A DNA stretch of 64,000 bases from positions 128,152-192,151 of the forward strand of contig JBFXKG010000009.1 in assembly GCA_050174015.1 (NCBI GenBank), in the 5' to 3' direction. The translations under genes and the position numbers were made by a program. Positions 59,274 to 64,000 of the stretch are shown in pieces. The DNA is from Candidatus Krumholzibacteriia bacterium. GTDB taxonomy: Bacteria; Krumholzibacteriota; Krumholzibacteriia; LZORAL124-64-63. The first letter of the stretch is position 1, and each line of letters starts with the position of its first letter. Below the pieces are notes generated by a model. That model made no database searches. It was not told the DNA's origin and worked only from the letters and a program-made list of their open reading frames with translations.

Positions 59274-62200
59274 ATGTCCGCAAACGCGCCCGCAAGCCCC
59301 GCAACCGAGCCCTACAAGCCGGCCAACCACGTCCGCATCGTGACGGCGGCCTCCCTGTTCGACGGCCATGACGCCGCCATCAACATCATGCGGCGGATCC
59401 TTCAGGCCAGCGGGGCCGAGGTGATCCACCTGGGGCACAACCGGGCGGTGAAGGAGATCGTGGACTGCGCGATCCAGGAGGACGCCCAGGGCATCGCCGT
59501 CACCAGCTACCAGGGCGGGCACGTCGAGTACCTGAAGTACATGCACGACCTGGTCACCCAGGCCGGATCGCGCATCAAGATCTTCGCCGGGGGCGGGGGG
59601 ACCATCCTGCCCGAGGAGATCGACGAGCTGCACGCCTACGGCATCGCGCGCATCTTCTCGCCGGACGACGGGCGCCGCATGGGCCTGCAGGGCATGATCA
59701 ACGAGGTGATGCGCCAGTGCGACTTCCCGGTCGGCGAGGCGGGCGATCTTGCCGCCGCCACCGCGGGCCTGACGGGGCGCGGTCCCGGCGCCCTGGGCCG
59801 TCTGATTTCCCTGGCCGAAAACGAACCCGAGCACGAAACCGAGCTGATGGCGGCGGTGCGAGCCGCCGCGGCGAAGAACGGCAAGGTGATCCCCGTGCTG
59901 GGCATCACCGGCACCGGCGGGGCGGGCAAGTCGTCCCTGGTGGACGAGTTGGTCCGGCGCTACCTGGCGGACTTCAGCGACAAGACCATCGCCATCGTCT
60001 CGGTCGATCCTTCCCGGCGGCGCAGCGGCGGCGCCCTGCTGGGCGACCGCATCCGCATGAACGCCATCGACGATCCTCGGGTCTACATGCGCTCGCTGGC
60101 CACGCGGCAGTCGAACCTGGCGCTGTCGAAGTACGTGCGCCACAGCATCGACATCTGCAAGGCTGCCGGGTTCGACCTGGTGATCGTCGAGACCAGCGGC
60201 ATCGGCCAGAGCGACACAGAGATCACCGACCACTCGGACGTCTCCATGTACGTCATGACCGCCGAGTACGGCGCGGCCACCCAGCTCGAGAAGATCGACA
60301 TGCTGGACTTCGCCGACCTGATCGTCCTGAACAAGTTCGACCACCGCGGCTCGCTCGACGCCCTGCGCGACGTGCGCAAGCAGTATCGCCGCAACCACAA
60401 CATCTTCGAGGGCGACGACGAATCCCTGCCCGTGTACGGAACCATCGCCTCGCAGTTCAACGATCCGGGCATGAACAGGCTCTACAAGGCCGTGATCGAC
60501 ACGGTTGTCGCCCGCACCGGGGCCGACCTGGCGTCGCACTACGAAGTCACCGCCGCCATGGGCAAGCGGGCCTACGTGATCCCGCCCGAACGGGTGCGCT
60601 ACCTGGCCGAGATCGTCGAGAGCAGCCGCCGCTACGACGGATTCGTGGACGAGCAGTGCGCCCTGGCCCGGCGGCTCTACCAGCTGCACGGGACCATCGC
60701 CGCGCTTCGCGGGAGCGAAGCCGAGGCGGAAGTGCTCCCGGTGGTCGAACTCGCGGATGCGGACCCCGCCGTGGTCGGCGAACTCACGGGGATGTACGCC
60801 GAGCTGCGCGACCGGCTCGACGCCGAGTGCCGCAAGGCGCTGACCGGCTGGACCGATCTGTGCCGGGCGTACCGGCAGGACACGTTCGCCTTCAAGGTGC
60901 GCGACCGGATCATCGAGCAGGACCTGTTCCACACCTCGCTGAGCGGCACCCGGGTGCCCAAGGTCTCGCTGCCGAGGCACAGCGACTGGGGCGACGTCCT
61001 GCGCTGGGTGCTGACCGAGAACGCCCCCGGCTTCTTCCCCTACGCCGCCGGGGTGTTCCCCCTGAAGCGCGAGGGCGAGGACCCCACCCGGATGTTCGCC
61101 GGCGAGGGCGGCCCCGAGCGGACCAACCGCCGCTTCCACTACGTCTCGCTGGGGATGCCCGCGGCGCGGCTGTCGACCGCCTTCGACTCGGTGACGCTCT
61201 ACGGCGAGGATCCCGACCGCAGGCCCGACATCTACGGCAAGATCGGCAACAGCGGGGTCAGCATCGCCACGGTCGACGACGCCAAGAAGCTGTACAGCGG
61301 GTTCGACCTGAGCGATCCGAAGACCTCGGTCTCGATGACCATCAACGGCCCGGCGCCCATGATGCTGGCATTCTTCATGAACGCCGCGATCGACCAGGGC
61401 TGCGAAAAATACATCCGGGCGAACGGGCTGGACAAAGATGTCGAGAAGAAGATCGACGCCATCTTCAAGGAGCGCGGAGTGCCCCGTCCCCACTACCGGG
61501 GCGATCTGCCCGAGGGCAACGATGGCCTGGGCCTGATGTTGCTGGGCGTCAGCGGCGACCAGGTGCTGTCGGCGGACGTCTACGCGAAGATCAAGGCCGA
61601 GACCCTGAGCGCGGTGCGGGGCACGGTGCAGGCCGACATCCTCAAGGAGGACCAGGCCCAGAACACCTGCATCTTCTCCACGGAGTTCGCCCTGCGCATG
61701 ATGGGGGACATCCAGCAGTTCTTCATCGACCACGACGTGCGGAACTTCTACTCCGTGTCGATCAGCGGCTACCACATCGCCGAGGCCGGGGCGAACCCCA
61801 TCACCCAGCTGGCGCTGACGCTGGCCAACGGGTTCACCTTCGTGGAGTACTACCTGTCGCGGGGCATGCCCATCGACTGCTTCGCGCCCAACCTGTCGTT
61901 CTTCTTCAGCAACGGCATGGATCCGGAGTACTCGGTCATGGGCCGGGTCGCCCGGCGCATCTGGGCCAAGGCCATGAAGAACCTGTACGGCGGCAACGAC
62001 CGCAGCCAGAAGCTGAAGTACCACATCCAGACCTCGGGCCGCAGCCTGCACGCCCAGGAGATCGCCTTCAACGACATCCGCACCACCCTGCAGGCCCTGT
62101 ACGCCATCTACGACAACTGCAACAGCCTGCACACCAACGCCTACGACGAGGCCATCACCACCCCGACCGAGGAGTCGGTGCGCCGGGCCATGGCCATCCA

Positions 62201-62717
62201 GCTGATCATCAACAAGGAGCTGGGCCTGGCGAAGAACGAGAACCCGCTGCAGGGGGCGTTCATCATCGATGAGTTGACCGACCTGGTGGAGGAGGCCGTG
62301 CTGCAGGAGTTCCTGTCCATCAGCGAGCGCGGCGGGGTGCTGGGGGCCATGGAGCGCATGTACCAGCGCACCAAGATCCAGGAGGAGTCGATGATCTACG
62401 AGCAGCGCAAGCACACCGGCGAGCTGCCCATCATCGGCGTGAACACCTACCTCGATCCCAAGGGCTCGCCTACGATCATCCCCGCCGAGGTAATCCGCTC
62501 GACGACCGAGGAGAAGGAGTTCGCCATCATGACCCTGGAGGCCTTCAAGGCGCGCAATGCGGCGGTGGCGCCTGCGGCCCTGGCGGCGCTGCAGAAGGTC
62601 GCGGTCGAGCACGGCAACACCTTCGAGGCGATGATGGAGGCGGCGAAGACCTGCTCGCTGGGCCAGATCTCCGATGCGCTCTACAAGGTGGGGGGGCAGT
62701 ACCGGAGGAACATGTAG
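59274..62717 (+). CDS. icmF: Fused isobutyryl-CoA mutase / GTPase
   Basis: B12-binding FDGHDA, MeaI GTPase GTGGAGKSS and NKFD, mutase [26 protein letters not shown]; ends GGQYRRNM. Confidence 0.95.
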   Translation: MSANAPASPATEPYKPANHVRIVTAASLFDGHDAAINIMRRILQASGAEVIHLGHNRAVKEIVDCAIQEDAQGIAVTSYQGGHVEYLKYMHDLVTQAGSRIKIFAGGGGTILPEEIDELHAYGIARIFSPDDGRRMGLQGMINEVMRQCDFPVGEAGDLAAATAGLTGRGPGALGRLISLAENEPEHETELMAAVRAAAAKNGKVIPVLGITGTGGAGKSSLVDELVRRYLADFSDKTIAIVSVDPSRRRSGGALLGDRIRMNAIDDPRVYMRSLATRQSNLALSKYVRHSIDICKAAGFDLVIVETSGIGQSDTEITDHSDVSMYVMTAEYGAATQLEKIDMLDFADLIVLNKFDHRGSLDALRDVRKQYRRNHNIFEGDDESLPVYGTIASQFNDPGMNRLYKAVIDTVVARTGADLASHYEVTAAMGKRAYVIPPERVRYLAEIVESSRRYDGFVDEQCALARRLYQLHGTIAALRGSEAEAEVLPVVELADADPAVVGELTGMYAELRDRLDAECRKALTGWTDLCRAYRQDTFAFKVRDRIIEQDLFHTSLSGTRVPKVSLPRHSDWGDVLRWVLTENAPGFFPYAAGVFPLKREGEDPTRMFAGEGGPERTNRRFHYVSLGMPAARLSTAFDSVTLYGEDPDRRPDIYGKIGNSGVSIATVDDAKKLYSGFDLSDPKTSVSMTINGPAPMMLAFFMNAAIDQGCEKYIRANGLDKDVEKKIDAIFKERGVPRPHYRGDLPEGNDGLGLMLLGVSGDQVLSADVYAKIKAETLSAVRGTVQADILKEDQAQNTCIFSTEFALRMMGDIQQFFIDHDVRNFYSVSISGYHIAEAGANPITQLALTLANGFTFVEYYLSRGMPIDCFAPNLSFFFSNGMDPEYSVMGRVARRIWAKAMKNLYGGNDRSQKLKYHIQTSGRSLHAQEIAFNDIRTTLQALYAIYDNCNSLHTNAYDEAITTPTEESVRRAMAIQLIINKELGLAKNENPLQGAFIIDELTDLVEEAVLQEFLSISERGGVLGAMERMYQRTKIQEESMIYEQRKHTGELPIIGVNTYLDPKGSPTIIPAEVIRSTTEEKEFAIMTLEAFKARNAAVAPAALAALQKVAVEHGNTFEAMMEAAKTCSLGQISDALYKVGGQYRRNM

Positions 62718-62769
62718 CGTAACGGCGGTGGGCGGTCGGTTAGATGAATCGAAGTAGCGAGATGCAGCT

Positions 62770-63206
62770 TTGAGTACGAACTGCGTATTTTGTGGCCCTT
62801 CCGATGCCAATAGAACGAAAGAACACGTCTTTCCGGTATGGCTGCTTGAGGAATTCGGTTGGGCGGACAACAACGTATGCGCCATGCGATACCGATCATT
62901 CTAAACATTGCGACTGGATCTGGCTCAATTGAGGAACTGAGCGAAAAGCAGTCTTTCGTTCTCGCTCGGTGGCGGTGCTGGGTTCAAAGTACAAACTGGA
63001 TTATTCGCACTAGCGATCGGGACGCAGGTCTAGGTGACGCGAAACGTCTCCAAAGGGAAGCATACAAAATCAGGATCGGCATAAAGCAACTCATAGCTAC
63101 GGTGGGGTATAGCCCGTTTGAAGCGACGTCTTGGGGAATGGAGTCAAATTTTCACGAACCGATTTTTCCGCCAAATCTCGAGAGGTTTTTGTATAGTAGC
63201 GGATAG
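62770..63206 (+). pseudogene. Probable HNH endonuclease-like gene remnant in a lower-GC patch
   Basis: 62770-62904 translates (L)STNCVFCGPSDANRTKEHVFPVWLL... then stops; another frame carries AIPIILNI...LSEKQSFVLARW. Confidence 0.5.
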
Positions 63207-63530
63207 CCTGTACCAACGGAGCCGTTCGCCTTCATGGTTGCACAGCACGGCCTGTTGCTGTAGCGATGAGGGGGCGATGACTTGCGATCATTTGTCCTCA
63301 GCCTGCCCTGCCTCATCCGCTTGTCACGCCCCGCGCGAGGCACGGGCCGCGCCAATCGACTTGACAGGAAGCATTGCGGTCGGGCCCCGCGGACTTATGT
63401 GATATTCGAGCGGATTTTTTGCCTGAGAGACTCGAAACTGCCTCACATGAGGCTATTTCGATCACGGAATCGTGACGGGTATGGAGGGGTGGCTGCTCAG
63501 CTACCCCCGCCGACGAAACGGTGCGCAGCG

Positions 63531-64000
63531 ATGGCTTCCCTGAAGACGAAATTGGTCATGATCACGGCAGCATTGTTGATTCCGGCCGGGGTGACGGAGG
63601 CCCGCGAGTGGCTGGTGGATAAGTATGGCAGTGGGGACTTCACCGATATCCAGCCTGCTGTGGAAGCTGCGGCGGATGGAGACACTATCCGGATCGGCCC
63701 TGGGAGGTATGACACCCTTCACCCCTCCTGTGTGGCTCCGGCCTGGACGGAGGATGCGATTGTCACGGTGGTCCAGGACAACTTGACCTTCATCGGTTCG
63801 GGAACCGATGTGACGGTCCTGGGGATGCGGGAATTCTATTGGTCGGACACGGAGAACCCCAAGGGTTTTTGTTCAATTGACGGGTATAGTGCGACCATAA
63901 AGAACCTGAATATCGAAAACATCGAGCATGAGATCTATTGGCAGAAAGGACGACTTGATTTAGAAAACTGTATCCTAAGGGGGGAACATCATTCGTTCCG
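63531..64000 (+). CDS. Secreted right-handed beta-helix (pectin-lyase-like) protein, N-terminal part
   Basis: Manual translation MASLKTKLVMITAALLIPAGVTEAREWLVDKYGSGDFTDIQPAVEAAADGDTIRIGPGRY...; open to the window end. Confidence 0.75.
   Translation, partial: MASLKTKLVMITAALLIPAGVTEAREWLVDKYGSGDFTDIQPAVEAAADGDTIRIGPGRYDTLHPSCVAPAWTEDAIVTVVQDNLTFIGSGTDVTVLGMREFYWSDTENPKGFCSIDGYSATIKNLNIENIEHEIYWQKGRLDLENCILRGEHHSF

Noticed and set aside
62859..63206. 115-aa ORF as an intact gene
   Set aside because: No convincing start or RBS; better explained as part of the HNH-like remnant

Overview
High-GC bacterial chromosomal window, densely coding, with about 55 genes. I found no rRNA, tRNA, CRISPR array or intact mobile element. 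A FlgD-Ig/T9SS-CTD-like protein, PorV/FadL-like barrels and an S46 peptidase suggest a diderm FCB-superphylum organism (inference only). Most content is housekeeping or metabolic: rsgA, HU, ltaE, trkAH, nadE, rsmI, tmk, a CtpA-like protease, cheV, arginine deiminase, an hppD-hmgA-X-fahA-acetoacetate-CoA ligase operon, metK with a PLP gamma-lyase, an ABC exporter, an M16 pair and icmF. Main candidates for undescribed biology: (1) a tightly coupled five-gene envelope operon (2272-11247) encoding a double lamin-tail protein with a CTD-like tail, a PorV-like barrel, a ComEA-type helix-hairpin-helix protein fused to a large beta-barrel, a FadL-like barrel and a secreted 5'-nucleotidase, which reads as an extracellular DNA/nucleotide capture system; (2) an orphan structured small RNA of about 180 nt with its own extended -10 promoter and terminator (56995-57178, minus strand); (3) an uncharacterised gene in the maleylacetoacetate isomerase slot of the homogentisate operon; (4) a D2-only Clp ATPase that keeps an IGF loop. 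All calls come from visual motif recognition; no database searches were run, and several start codons are my choice rather than the ORF track's.
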